The notes beneath the pieces were generated by a model. The model saw nothing but the letters and a program-made list of their open reading frames with translations, was not told the origin of the DNA and ran no database searches. From Eledone cirrhosa (Eukaryota), in contig OZ024740.1 of assembly GCA_964016885.1 (NCBI GenBank), positions 348,998,001-349,062,000 on the forward strand: a stretch of 64,000 bases of DNA, written 5' to 3'. Below are positions 27,081-40,330 of this stretch, piece by piece (the stretch's first letter is position 1; each line of letters starts with the position of its first letter). The position numbers were made by a program, and so were the translations under genes.

Positions 27081-27369
27081 TATATATATGGAGGAAATTG
27101 TAGTTTACTTGAAGCATTGCGTAGTTAGGTATAAACGTTTGAAGTTAGAAGGCCAGAACAATGGAGGCACGGATATAGAATATAAATACAAATGTAAAAG
27201 ATATTACTGACAATTAGTCTTTTACCTTAAATTTATTTGAATATCCTTAATTTTTGAGATCATATCTCTTCTTTGGAGGAAAGTAAAGGGGTTAATCCAC
27301 TGTTCTAATTAGCTTGCCAAGACTTGGCAATTTGTAATTTCTAATAAATATTTGCTGTACGGGTTGGGT

Positions 27370-27538
<169 letters not shown>

Positions 27539-27544
27539 AGATAG

Positions 27545-28070
27545 AATAAGGAAAAGCGAAGTAGTTTCAGATGTTCAAGTCCTTTAATAATAATGCTGTG
27601 ATATATATTTCAATGACGACACTGGCCACACTGTTCTGTGTGCGAGTGTCGTGACATCATCAGACAGCTTGTTACATTAGGTTATGTTTCCGAGGCAATC
27701 CAAATTGAATCGACATGGGAACGGATGAAGTGCGTGCTTTTGGGTTTTTCATCCGTTCCCCTGTGAGTACCAATTCACCCCCACCGATCTGCGCAGGCGC
27801 ATGTCCGAAGGAAGTTGACCATTAGCTACCGCAGATTTCAACGAAATTCGCTTAGTCAGTTCAGCCTCTCCGCCAAACGATGGCCCACCTATGCCGGTAC
27901 CATAGTTTACTGCTACCCATCCCGACTGTGGCAGTCAGCCGAAAGCCAGAGGGGATGGGAGAGTGTTAGTTTTTACAGGTCATAATACTACCTCTCACCA
28001 AGCGTTGACAGTACGACTGATCATCAACTCATAAGGGAAAATAAACTTAATTCTAGGTATCATGGTTTTA
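27545..28070 (-). mobile_element. Hammerhead-bearing non-coding element inside the copy C intron
   Basis: Homologous to 9080-9600; flanked by (TA)n on both sides. Confidence 0.7.
27595..27668 (-). ncRNA. Type I hammerhead ribozyme, intronic and sense to IL-17 copy C
   Basis: Minus strand GCTGT-CTGATGA, stem II (ACGACACT/AGTGTCGT; CACAC/GTGTG), GAAA-T-ATAT-A-TC, then ACAGC. Confidence 0.75.
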
Positions 28071-28136
28071 CATGGTTTTATATATATATATATATTATAT
28101 ATATATATATATGTGTATATAGATATATATTATATA

Positions 28137-28207
<71 letters not shown>

Positions 28208-28467
28208 AAAATATATATATAGTAAAAATATATGTGTAGACGAAAATCCGAAGTGGTCTCGATGAGGATTATGTATACATATATATATATAGAAGTGGTT
28301 CCTTAGCGGATCCTTAGCTCCGGATCCGCTAATGTGAAACAATTATTCTCGGTATGGTGAACTGTTGTGTAACCACTTCTACCTAACTCGTCCCATGGAC
28401 TGAGTGCTTACCACTACGGATATTACCTTCCAGTGTTCCACCACTATATATATATATATATATATAA

Positions 28468-28864
28468 ATGAGAACGTACATCACCTGAGAAGTTGAAGCA
28501 TTCAGATATTATTTGTAAAATTTCAGCGATCCTATTTATCCAATTCGAATTTACCAAGTCGTATAATGATGATAACTAAAGAAAGTACATTTAATTTTAC
28601 ATTTATCATGCTTTGCAGCATAGTGTTACGACCCTTTACGGTCTGGGTTCAAATCCCACTAAATTTGTTTGTCATCCTTACGGGGTTGATAAAATAAAAC
28701 ACCAGTAATGCACTGGAATAGTTGCTGGCCTGGTGCTAAAAGTAGAAGCAATTATATATTATTGTATGTACTAATGTTTAAAAAAATATTTCAGAATATC
28801 ACGTTAAGGGTGCTCAAACTTTAATCTGTATTTATAATAAATATTTGTTGTACGGGTTGGGTTT

Positions 28865-28870
<6 letters not shown>
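28468..28870 (+). repeat. Inverted duplicate of IL-17 exon 1 plus intron start (including a SINE)
   Basis: 28468-28596 is the reverse complement of about 29385-29512 with 2 mismatches. The remainder matches 62850-63120. Confidence 0.9.
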
Positions 28871-28904
<34 letters not shown>

Positions 28905-28990
28905 GTAGGTCCCGGGTTGAGTCGGGGATAACCACAGTAAGTAAGGTACTCAATACATGGCAGAGTAAAATTTTTTTATTTTATAGAAGG

Positions 28991-29041
28991 AGCTTCTACA
29001 GGACTAGTACTGTTTCATTCAGATGAAATCTTCAGGAAGCT
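28991..29041 (-). ncRNA. Type I hammerhead ribozyme, intronic and sense to IL-17 copy C
   Basis: Minus strand AGCTTC-CTGAAGA-TTTCATCTGAAT-GAA-ACAG-TACTAGTC-CTGT-A-GAAGCT; all three stems close. Confidence 0.85.
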
Positions 29042-29249
29042 GGGTGTCATATTAAGTTCTGGTATTTATACATTTAGGTAGTGGCAAGGGAGGGTGGTGG
29101 ATGGGGGGGTATTTAGATACACAGGACCACTACATGGCACAGGCCGTTTTTTCTATGGGGAGTGGTCAATTAGCCAGAGTGCTTTTTTGAAATAAATAAA
29201 TAAGTAAATAAATAAATAAATGAATAAATAAATAGATAAATGAATAAAT

Positions 29250-29280
<31 letters not shown>

Positions 29281-29399
29281 TAAATAAATAAAAACCCCAA
29301 GAATAGTAATTCAACAGATATATAGTAGGGAAATTTTTATATATATATATATATGAATTTTTATATATATATATATATATATAAATTAAATGTACTTAC

Positions 29400-29414
29400 T
29401 TTAGTTATCATCAT
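29400..29414 (-). CDS. IL17: IL-17 copy C exon 1 coding part (MMITK)
   Basis: ATGATGATAACTAAA|GTAAGT, phase 0, in frame with exon 2. Confidence 0.8.
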
Positions 29415-29534
29415 TATACGACTTGGTAAATTCGAATTGGATAAATAGGATCGCTGAAATTTTACAAATAATATCTGAATGATTCAACTTCTCAGGTGAT
29501 GTACGTTCTCATCAATGATATCTGCTGTCAAGTG

Positions 29535-29600
29535 TTCTTTTCTCATATGTTGTTTTAATTCCGGAAGGGAAATTTTGATATGACGTTACACATAGTGTAA
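29535..29600 (-). promoter_or_regulatory. IL-17 proximal promoter (copy C)
   Basis: TTCCGGAAGGGAAATTTT and TGACGTTA. The TATA position reads CATATGA here versus CATATAA in copy F. Confidence 0.6.
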
Positions 29601-30935
29601 TTTGGATGTTTTAAAAATTGAAATGCGGATATAACTTATAAATATATGCTGTGAGACTAAAACCCGTATTTTTTACCCACCTACCGGAATTATACGAAGT
29701 TTATATGAACTACATAGGAGGAGGTAAATTTCCTAGGGAATACAACTTATTTGAATTACGTCATCTGGTATCAAATAACCGCATGATTGACCCGATCAGG
29801 GAGTATCATGCATTTAGGCTCGCCCACGCAACATAATAAATATTTCTGTTGGTGGGACACCTGATTCTGTCAGCCCAGTCACACTGTCAGCTCAAACAGA
29901 AGTGCTATATCCGCCATAATTTCAACACATTAACACTCATATTTGCATGTCACACAAGTCAAAACATAAAACCAAATATCTATTGGCTTAAATTATATAC
30001 AAAAGAATGAACACACTTTGTTTCCTCTGGAAGAAAATGTATTAACATTTCCACCATGGAGTGACAAAGCCTTCAATGGTGCGAAAAGGTAATACATTTT
30101 AATAAAGGTAATACAAGCTGAGAAAGTGTGGCGCTATGAAACAAAATGACGATAGATACAAACATACATATATGTAAAAAGTAAACAGAAATAACAAAGC
30201 AAACGGCACAGTACAGTGAAGAAATATCTCAGTTTAACTCTTGAAATAACAGGAAAATGATCTTGATATTCCGGCCAATAGTCCTTCATTAGAAGATAGA
30301 ATGAGAAATAAAAGAGGAAATAGAAAGATATAAAGTGAGAAGAAGGAAATGCAGAATATTCGCAGATAAACAGCTAAGGTAAACAATGCTTAATCTAGTA
30401 CAAGAGAGATTAATTAGTATATATTAATATTTCATACACATAACATGCATGCGCGACATTAGATTTCGGTGTCCAATTATAACCATGACTGTATAGTGGA
30501 GGAGCCTTTCCAAATCTGACCTTATTCGCCAGGCATTAGGACAAAATTGAAAGACAAACCGTTACTTTACGAAATGTGGTCATATTTCCTGAAGAGTTCC
30601 CTCAAGAATAAAGTTGGGTAATTCTCAAAATAAATCTTAAATTATAATGGCTACATGCTTTGAAACGATGTCTATGTATATATAATATGTGCGTGACTTA
30701 AGCTGCAAGTTATTTTTAAAAGACACTAAAGGAGCTCGTTATAATACGGAAAATGTATATCATAAAGTATTTGTCCTTAAGAAAAACAAGAGAGATAATC
30801 CTCTCTGGGAAATATACATATGGAACATCTAAATATGTTGACAAACCTAAACATATATAAAACTATTATAGGAAATATTTTTATCCCCAAAGTTCAATAA
30901 TATGAATACATTTTGTGTTACACACAGTTAAAGAT

Positions 30936-31366
30936 TTATTGGTTCTTTTTGTGAGTCACATTCATTTTCATGTCTTTCAGTTATCACAATATTTCGTGCA
31001 CAAAAACAAACTATGGTTACATCTATCACAGACTATACACATACCATCCATCAACATATTTGTATGTTTGAGTACCGTCATGTTAGTAAATACACTTACA
31101 CATTGGTGGTGTAGACAGTCTTTAAAACGGCAATGTTACTGTACACAATGGAGGAAAGCCCGTTGATTCATGGTTAATATTAAGGTACCAAGGGCATGTT
31201 CAACGTTCACTGATGATATAAGAAGAAACAACAAATGCTGGGCAAGATTTATGCCAGTCTCTGGACAGTTCTCTTATTGTACTTTCAAATCAGTTGGTAT
31301 ATCACTTTGTCCCTGACTTGGTGCCAATGTCACAATCAAAATCAAGATCAAAATCTGTATGAAAAC
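30936..31366 (-). pseudogene. Degenerate IL-17-like pseudogene (copy D)
   Basis: VFIQILILILIVTLAP..DIPTDLKVQ* then KSCP..IISER*TCPWYL. Contains stops, a deletion and frameshifts. Confidence 0.85.
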
Positions 31367-31899
31367 CTTTAACGTAGAAAATATTTCAGTCATATTTTTT
31401 TATTTGAAAAAGATTAATCGTGATAAACGAATGTAAGAATAACAATATACTCTTGAGTTATATATCAAGTTAACAGAAACTATGTCAGGAGTTCATTCTA
31501 AGTAATAAAAGAGTGGCATGTATCAGTTATATGAAGTGCAATATATTGTGATGGTATCATAAGACAGCAGGCGCTATATATGTTTTAGGCGAAAAGGAAA
31601 GAATGTTGGAGAAACGAAAGAGAAGTATAATAGAGGAAGGAGGAGTGGTGGTGGACATACTTGTTTGTATGTACGAGTGTGTATATGAGAGTAAAAAAGT
31701 AACTTTATTTAACTTCAATTATATAATGTACGAAAATAAAGCAAGAAAAAAAAGAGAAAGATAAGTAAAAGATAGCGGGGGTAACAGACTTTAAACCCAG
31801 TGAGGGTGGTATATCTCTACAGCGTCAATTAGACAAAATGACGAAGGCATTGGAGTGGAGTAAAGAAAGCGACACTCTTTGTATCAATAATTTCTCCCT

Positions 31900-32125
31900 A
31901 AATGGCATAAATTTTTCCTAAACAGTGCGGGCAATGAGAACACCAGCCGTCTCGACGGTAACAGGTACTTCTTTCCTCAGCGCTACAGGTAGCAGTCACA
32001 GGATTTATGGCCGAAACGACCCGGTTGGAAGCAGAGATTAGAGATTTACGTCAGTCAACGGGAACTGGTTTATCCCGTCTGGGCCTTTACCATCACTATG
32101 GTCCTGGCCGAACAGGCTCCAATTT
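31900..32125 (-). mobile_element. Second SINE-like family (related copy about 47905-48135)
   Basis: Shared end CATCAC.ATGGTC...CCGA.CAGGCTC; GC-rich island. Confidence 0.4.
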
Positions 32126-32554
32126 TGACTATTCTCAAGTAAGCAATTTTATTTTCAAATATAACACAGACTGTGTAGCATATGGAGTGTACCGTATCCG
32201 AACACAGATTATACTGAATTATGGAGGGAAATCCATACTGTAAATTAAATTCTTTTTATATGAAATTGGAAAATTACATTTTCAAATTATATAAAATAAT
32301 AAATCATTATAGATACAGGTAGAAAAGCCCCCGTTCGGGTGGTTTTCTGCTAGCATGTATTGATATTATACGCAAATATACATGCATGTAGATATGATAC
32401 ATCAAATAAAATTGTAGTTGACAATATACACAGAAATTGAAGTGAGATTGTGTTACGTTGTCTTCTGTAATCAGTAAAGTAATACATGGTTCATTTTAAA
32501 AATACGATATTATATATACACTGCGGTATATTATATATACACTGCAGTATCGCT

Positions 32555-33516
32555 AGATGGTCGGACGCCATGCTTTCTAGCATAGTTACGTCCCTTTACG
32601 ATCTGAGTTCAAATCCCGTCGAGGTTAACTTTGCCTTTCATCCTTAAGGGGTCGAAAAAATAATGTACCAGTAATGTACTGGGTATTTGCAAAAGTTGAA
32701 ACAATTATATATACACTGCATTACGGTGGAATGTAATGAAAACAATAAAGGAGAAAATTTGCGACGGAAATCTAAACGTTACGATGTAATATATGAAGGT
32801 TTATATAAGCGATATAATATAGCGTACGGACGCTAACCGGAAGTGTAGACATTTGAAAAGTTTAAAAGAAGTTAATCTTAAAATAAGCAATCATTATATA
32901 TCAGAATATTTATGTTTAATCAACAACTACGAAATTTAGTACATAAATTATGTAATATTCATTCATTATTTATTGATATTTATTTATTTATAGGGCGATG
33001 GATTGGCAGTATCGGTAGAGGGTTGGACGCCATGCTTTCCAGCATAGTTACGTCCCTTTACGATCTGAGTTCAAATCCCGCCGAGGTTGACTTTGCCTTT
33101 CATCCTTACGGGGTCGATAAAATAAAGTACCAGTAATGCACTGGTTTATTGCTGGCCTTGTGCCTAAAGTAGAAACAATTATTTATTGAAAGTAATCCAA
33201 TTTATTTTACTAACGAGATAAAAAAATATATTCAAGACACAATCCAATTTATTTTACTAACGAGATAAAAAAATATATTCAAGACACAATCCCGCACTCC
33301 TCCCTTTATTATATTATGACAGAATATGATATCGGCAGAATATGATATCGGCAGTATCGGTAGAGAGTCAGACGCCATACTTGCAGCATAGAGTCACGCC
33401 CCTTTATGATCTGAGTTCAAATCCCGCCGAGGTTAACTTTGCATTTCATCCTTACATGGTCGATAAAATAAAGTACCAGTTAATTGCTGGTCTTGTGCCA
33501 AAAGTAGAAACGATTA
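32555..33516 (+). mobile_element. Three octopus-type tRNA SINEs (32555-32706, 32991-33182 full length, 33335-33516)
   Basis: A-box TGGCAGTATCGG and B-box GTTCAAATCC. Confidence 0.85.
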
Positions 33517-33672
33517 TATTATGATAGAATGAGCCTATTTCATCTGCTTTGACTTGCACATGCACACATAAACAGGTACACACCTACCTGTCCACCAACA
33601 TATATATAAGGATGTAGATATTAATACATACAGAAATATATGAGATATCATCACTAATTTAAGTTTACTTAC

Positions 33673-33687
33673 GTTAGCTAACATCAT
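33673..33687 (-). pseudogene. Exon 1 (MMLAN) of pseudogene D
   Basis: ATGATGTTAGCTAAC|GTAAGT. Its promoter lies at about 34495-34560, separated by insertions. Confidence 0.7.
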
Positions 33688-34494
33688 TATACTTCTTCTT
33701 CACGTGGAAATGGAAGAAGGAAAGAAAGTGTAAGATATATTTGTACAAATATAACCAGAGTGACTTTTGTCTAAGTGAATAAAGGAGCTAAATTAGTAAA
33801 GGACGAAGGGAGCTGTCTGGTCAATGGAATTACTGATACTTTGTACATCGACCGTAATGGAAGTTGAACTCATTGAATCACACAGAAGAGAAACTAGGAC
33901 TAAAAACAACAGATAAAGTATATAATATATCGTTGACAAGTGACAGTGTATAAATGTATGTATATGTGGTGTGGTAAATAAATACATCAGGTCCGAACAC
34001 AATCGAACCAAACTCCCCCTGTCACTACCTCCGTCTCTTTCGCTCTACTTATTTCTCACTATTATAAGAAAATATGGTCCACAGCTGGCCGCCCCGCGGC
34101 CCGGCGGACAGAACAGGGAATGTTTTCCCCCAGTGGATAGTGAGGGAGACACACTGGAAGAGGCCTTCCATCACGCGACACTCACACCTGCGGATACCGA
34201 TAGAGGTGCGTAGGGAGCCAAGGAGACCAGAAGTCTCCTGCTCGAAGTCAAACCTGTCGGAGAGCAACCGATATTTGGAGAGTTTGACCTCATCGGCCCG
34301 AAGTGCAGCAGGCTGCACAAAGGTTGCGGCCTCGATCTAGGAGGGGAAGCCTGCAGCGTCCAAGCCATGCTTTATGACCTCGTTGAGGGCTGCATGGCAT
34401 GGAAGGCGGCCGATACTGGAGCAGCAGAACAGCGAATGGGAGCCCAAGTAGTCTACGATGGATCAGTGTATTAAAGATATATACTGTAATATCT

Positions 34495-34560
34495 TTTTTT
34501 TTTATTTATATACAATTTTTGAAACCGGAATGGAAAGTCCGATATAAAATTACATACAGC
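34495..34560 (-). promoter_or_regulatory. IL-17-type promoter (copy D) with kB-like site
   Basis: Minus strand GGACTTTCCA..TTCCGG..TATATAAATAAA. Confidence 0.6.
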
Positions 34561-35635
34561 ATTTGTTTGAACGTATGAATGAACCACGGACGGAACTAAG
34601 AATTATCTCGTGCGATAATGAGTCTATAATATATACTTAATGCCTCCTCTCGTATGGGAGGAGTAAAAGTAGCCAGTATAAAGCACTTGTTCACTTTAAT
34701 CATTGTTTATTTACACCTAATTGCAAAAATTCGGGTGTAGTAAATAATTTTCATTGATAAGCAAAATTAAGAAATAAATAAATAAACAATTAAACAAATA
34801 CTACATAAATTATCATCTCTCTTCCGTAGCATATATATTTCCGTAGCATCCTAATAATAAATATCTGGTAAGCTTGCGAAGTCTTTCAGTTAAAGCTCCC
34901 ATAGTCATAAGGTAGGTAAGAAAGTCATCTTGTAGAATAGTATTCTACAATGAAAGACACAAGCGTCTTCATTTCCGAATAGTGGTTGGCAAAAAACCTG
35001 AAATTATGATCTTTGAAACGTAAAATATATTAAATATTATGTAAGAAAAATATGTTCATTGCTTTAAAACTATTCTATACAATTTTATGGGAAGAAATAC
35101 AAAATAATGCATTATTATAAAAAGTATAGTAAACAAGATACTTTAATATAGTAAATACCAAATATAAATAAATAAACCATTAATTAGATAATAAATTAAC
35201 AAATATAATCAATCTCTGATTTGAAACATAGTTCTGATTTACAGTGGGAGATAATGGTTTCTTATATAGGCACATTGCCAGAAATTTGGGGGAGGCAAAA
35301 GTTGATTAAATCGACCTCAGTGCGTGACTGGTACTTTATTTTATCGACCCCGTAAGGATGAAAGGCAAAGTTAACCTCGGCTGGATTTGAACTCAGATCA
35401 TAAAGGGCCGTAACTCTATGCTGCAAAGCATGGCGTCCGACCCTCTACTGATAGTGCCAAACCTGACATCTGTATAGTAGTCCTGCTTGTAATTTCAAAT
35501 ATACTTTGAAGTAGTTTTTTTAATTAGAATATCCTTATAATAGTATTCGGTTAATATACTCAGGAATTTGACATGAAACTAACATGGTGTGAATAATTCA
35601 CAATACGTTTCCGAGAGTTTTTACAATATAGTATA

Positions 35636-36957
35636 CTAGCAGTAAAGCCCGGCGTTGCTCGGGGTCGCTCAGTAGCTGTGTTAAAGTTACAATGTTAAGT
35701 TTCTTTTTTGGCTTAAAGTCTGTCTGCACGACTGTCTGTCTGCACGCCTAACGAAATTTACAGATACATATATTTTAAATAAACTTATATAATTTTTTCT
35801 TTTTTTTTACGAAATATTTGCTTGTTTTACGTAGTCTTTAAATAAACTTGTTTTCAAGTAAAAATATTGTTTTAAAAGGCTTTTAAATGGAAATGAAGCA
35901 AAACGGAAGCTTAGTGTTCGAACTGATGAATTTTGCAGGTCAAAATTTTGCTGGCTCGACAACTGTTCGTGTATTGTGTTAATGTCATTTTAAACGCTGA
36001 GAAAGCCAGCATAATTTTTTTAATTTTTGCACGCAGAAAATGTAAACAGAACAAAGGGAAATAACTCGTCACTTGCGCTCAAAAATCGATACATTAGATT
36101 CGATTTCGTCAAATAGGGTGGGTCAATTTGAAATATTTTTTTCCGATGTCTTCGCTAGGGCTCAATGTACAAGTATAACAATTTCGGTGCAATTCCGTCA
36201 GAGATTCTAAGAGGAGATGTGTGCCAAAAATCGATAGACAGACAGACAACCACAGCTTTATATATATAGATAGATGACATAATCAAAAACAAGAACTTAT
36301 TTGAAAATTTATTTCACCGATGGTTCCGCCGGACCTTCATCTATAAGTGTAGCAATTTCACCGAAATTTGAACGTACGGTTTAAGAGGAGATGTGTGCCG
36401 AATGTTTTAGTAGACAGACAGACAACCTCAGTTTTATATATATAGATGACATAATCAAAAACAAGAACTTATTTGAAAATTTATTTGACCGATGGTTCCG
36501 CCGGACCTTCATCTATAAGTGTAGCAATTTCACCGAAATTTGAACGTATGGTTTAAGAGGAGATGTGTGCCGAAGGTTTTAGTAGACAGACAACCTCAGT
36601 TTTATATATATAGATGACATAATCAAAAACAAGAACTTATTTGAAAATTTATTTGACCGATGGTTCCGCCGGCCTTCATCTATAAGTGTAGCAATTTCAC
36701 CGAAATTTGAACGTACGGTTTAAGAGGAGATGTGTGCCGAAGGTTTTAGTAGACAGACAGACAACCTCAGTTTTATATATATAGATGACATAATCAAAAA
36801 CAAGAACTTATTTGAAAATTTATTTGACCGATGGTTCCGCCGGACCTTCATCTATAAGTGTAGCAATTTCACCGAAATTTGAACGTAAGGTTTAAGAGGA
36901 GATGTGTGCCGAAGGTTTTAGTAGACAGAAAGACAACCTCAGTTTTATATATATAGA
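35636..36957 (-). mobile_element. Non-autonomous Helitron-like element with tandemly amplified 5' end
   Basis: A|CTAG end with hairpin CCCGGCG..CTCGGG; TCTATATATATAAAA start; (CTGT)n. Related elements at about 40504-41465, 48275-49184 and 52117-52810. Confidence 0.7.
36270..36957. repeat. Tandem repeat, about 171-bp unit x4
   Basis: GACATAATCAAAAACAAG recurs at about 36276, 36448, 36616 and 36787. Confidence 0.95.
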
Positions 36958-38187
36958 TTAAAAACAGAGTTTATTTAATAATACATATATTTGTATGTGT
37001 ATTGTATTTCTATGCTACACGTATCTCTTATTGGTTATATACATATATGTGTGTGGTAGTTCACTGTCATATATTAGGTGTTATACTCCGACATCGACAG
37101 TAAACATATGCATGTATTCATTTAGTTGTGGGCAGCAGTGAACAACAAAATAATCGAATATAATAATTGAAAATAAAATACAAACAAAAAAAGAAGCAAA
37201 ATGTTACAAACAAGGTAAAATATAAAATGTAATCCCAAAATATTTCTAAATAAAAAGCGGAGCGCTGAACCATTCCATGATAATTCCCAGAGAAGTAGGA
37301 AGATAGCCATTATGCTAGCGTAACCTAGAAGTATAGGTAGATAGCTATTAAGCCAACGTAAAAAAGTATCAATATTTCAAATATTCTAAGGAAAAGGTAG
37401 AAACAAATCTTAATGCAGAACCATCACATAGACACAATTAATTATAAAGGTAAAAAATATTTTAAAAAAAAGGTTAATAAGAAGGTAATCTGTAGAATGA
37501 GATAACTGACTGCATCCTTTCTGACTAATATATTGACGTGTTATAAACATACCTACAACAGTACTTTAAATTGCTGTCAGCAAGATAATTTCTAACATGC
37601 CTAGCCAGAATTAGTAGCAAATACACGGATGCACTCCAATTATGGTTTTAATATGACTGGAACGAAAATCTTAGTTCTGTAATTTGACATGAGATATGTT
37701 GAAATATATTGTGCTGTTGCTCTTTATTGTCTTGTATAACATTTGGAGGGCTGTTGTGTTAACCTGTGCTCAAATGGCGTTTTAGTAGACCTACGAATAA
37801 CAACATTCCAGCAATGTACGTGATGCTGTTTTTTTAAATATAGTGAGACTCATACTATATAATATCTACTTAAAATACAGGATAACCATCTCTTTAAAAT
37901 ACAGCATAGCAAGGAATATTGATACAGCATCCTCATGGCATTTACTCGTAAAATAATATGGATCGACAAAAGATTCGTCAAGCAACCAGATGGAATAAGT
38001 AAATTGACCTTCTGATTGGAAAATGTTAAAAACTATATGATTATATGACAAGATATGAATGAAAGTTAATACAAGAAGTATACAAATCTGCTATTTATGA
38101 ATGCTAAGAATGCAACAGAATGTGAGTCTGTGTGTGTCGATTTTGTGTGAATGGGATTGAGAAATTAACATTTTGATAGTTTAAAGA

Positions 38188-38380
38188 TAATTGTTTCTAC
38201 TTTTGGCACAAGGCCAGCAATTATCCAGTGCATTACTGGTACTTTATTTTATCGACCCCGTAAGGATGAAAGGCAAAGTTAACCTCGGCGGGATTTGAAC
38301 TCAAACCATAAAGGGGCGTAACTCTTTGCTGCAAAGCATAGCGTCAGACCCTCTACCGATACTGCCAATCCACCACCCTT
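38188..38380 (-). mobile_element. Octopus-type tRNA SINE, full length
   Basis: Same family core. Others at 6600, 23290, 35250, 47648, 53000, 58198 and 62970. Confidence 0.85.
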
Positions 38381-38619
38381 AGTTTAAAGATAATAACAGT
38401 TTCGGTGTTGATTTGAGATATTAGACCAGAATGTAAGAAATCTCATTACTATAGAATGCAATGCTAAATATGTATTAATAGAAGTACTAAATGTCAATTC
38501 TAATAGCCAATAATAATATATCACAAGAAGAATTGTTTAAGAGATTATTTAGTGTCAGTTGCGCTACCCATGAGATTTATAATACAAAAGAGTGCCTTAC
38601 ATATACCTTGTTGAGTAAA

Positions 38620-40330
38620 ATGATTCATAGATTACCTGAGAATTTTGCCTTTATCATATATAACAGGTTTACTAAAATCATAAATCTCCCTGTAATAAGG
38701 CCCTCGTATGCTTATTGTATGGCTGCTACAAGAGAAGTGCAGCGAACAAAACATGGGATTATACGTTGTTTTGTGGGTGTTAGCAAATATTTTGACACTG
38801 TTAACAGGAATGCAGTGTGGCTCGTGCTGAAGAAATAGAGCTGCCCTGAAAATGTTTGAAGATATAGCCAAGGCTCCCCATAAGGATATGAAGGTCCCAG
38901 TTAACTTTGGTGGAACGCTATAGGAAATATTTCCTTCTGAATATGGCGTTAAGCAAGGTGATCCCGAAATACCGACAGTCTTCTCTATATATATTGCAGC
39001 TATGCTATCAGATGGATTTGTAATTTCAAGAGATGTATACACGATGCCACTTCTCAGGCAATGTGTTCAAACTGACAAGAATGAACTTCCTATCCAAAGT
39101 CTTTACACCTCTGGTACGTAATCCTTCAATCGCTAACGTCTGTGACATTGTGGCACTGAGCAAAGTTCACAGAATCTAATTAGTGCGTTTGATTCTACAT
39201 ATGACGATTTTAGTATCACAATTAATTTAAAAAGTCAAAGAAAAAGTGGTAATGCATCAACTTGCCCACAGAGAAAAATCAATGAACTCCAGATACTGTT
39301 TAAATGTGCAGTGCTTACAATTGTGACTTCTTTTGAATATCTGAGTAGCCTTACACATGCTGATGGAAACTTAGACACTTCTTGCACTCAAAGGGCAGAA
39401 GAAGCCTTTGGCAGCTTATTATCTAAAGTCTGGTAAGAGCGCCATATTATTTTTGGCGCTAAGATCATGTTATATGTCTCATTCGAGCTTCCTGCACTGC
39501 AGCATTATTCTACATGGACAACATAAAAGCGTTGTATAAAAATGTTGGAAATATTTCCTCAGAAATGCAAACGCCCCATACTCAGAATAAACTAATTTTC
39601 ACTCTGTTTTAAAACTGAGGTTCTCGTTGAAGCTAAGATCACATCAATCCAAACTATACTTATTAGAAATTAACTACAGTGGACACGCCATCACATCGCA
39701 TTCTCAAGCAAATGTTTTATGATTAGCTTAATCTGGGAAAGAGAAACAAATAGTAAGCCAAAAAAATATAAAAAGACTCTTTAAATTCCTATTTGAAATG
39801 TCTTAGATTATGTTACAAAAGTCATGAATCTTATGCAGCAGATAGGGAAACATGGAACATCGCGAGCTATATTTTGAATCTGAGTTCAAGATTTCGAGCT
39901 TGACTTAGTTAAGCATGCTGAAACGAAAAGGTTCGTGAACATGAGATTAATAGCAATAGCATTGGGATTAATTCTCATTCTTTCATTAAATCTTCCTTCT
40001 GCACAAAATTATGCATAGCTCGTGGTTGTGTGACATCACACAGGCTCACACGTGCGGGCAAGGCCCACATGAAATATTGGAACTTCATTCCAGTCGATCA
40101 GTTTCATTGCCATGTTTGTCAAAAAACCTGCAATTCGCGTACATTATTGAAGCGGCTCGTAAACACTCGTAGTATTCAAGCGGAAAATGGAGCCAATGTT
40201 AAATGAAACATTGTTGCAGTGTTTGCAGTCAGCTCTTTAAATACATTTCAGAGCTCGAAAGTCAGTTAATATCCTACGCTAGGAAAGAGCAATTAAGGTG
40301 CAAGAAAAGACCAATCTGTTCAAGGAGCAG
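38620..40330 (+). mobile_element. Degenerate RTE-like LINE (RT plus C-terminal zinc-finger-like region)
   Basis: FV..SK.FDTVNR..VW.VL, GVKQGD, FEYLSS and LQWTRH motifs with many stops. Confidence 0.75.

Larger units (their letters stand above)
22965..27100 (-). repeat. Inverted segmental duplication of about 2330-6410 (third copy about 58400-61535)
   Basis: Near-identical intron end, exon, 3' flank and embedded TE relics. Confidence 0.9.

Noticed and set aside
32991-33085. tRNA gene (A and B boxes)
   Set aside because: Head of a high-copy SINE; no complete cloverleaf.
35922-35950. CTGATGA followed by a hairpin
   Set aside because: No GAAA after the stem and no stem I or III.
36270-36957. 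Regular repeats as a CRISPR array
   Set aside because: Whole units are repeated with no unique spacers; eukaryotic context and no cas genes.
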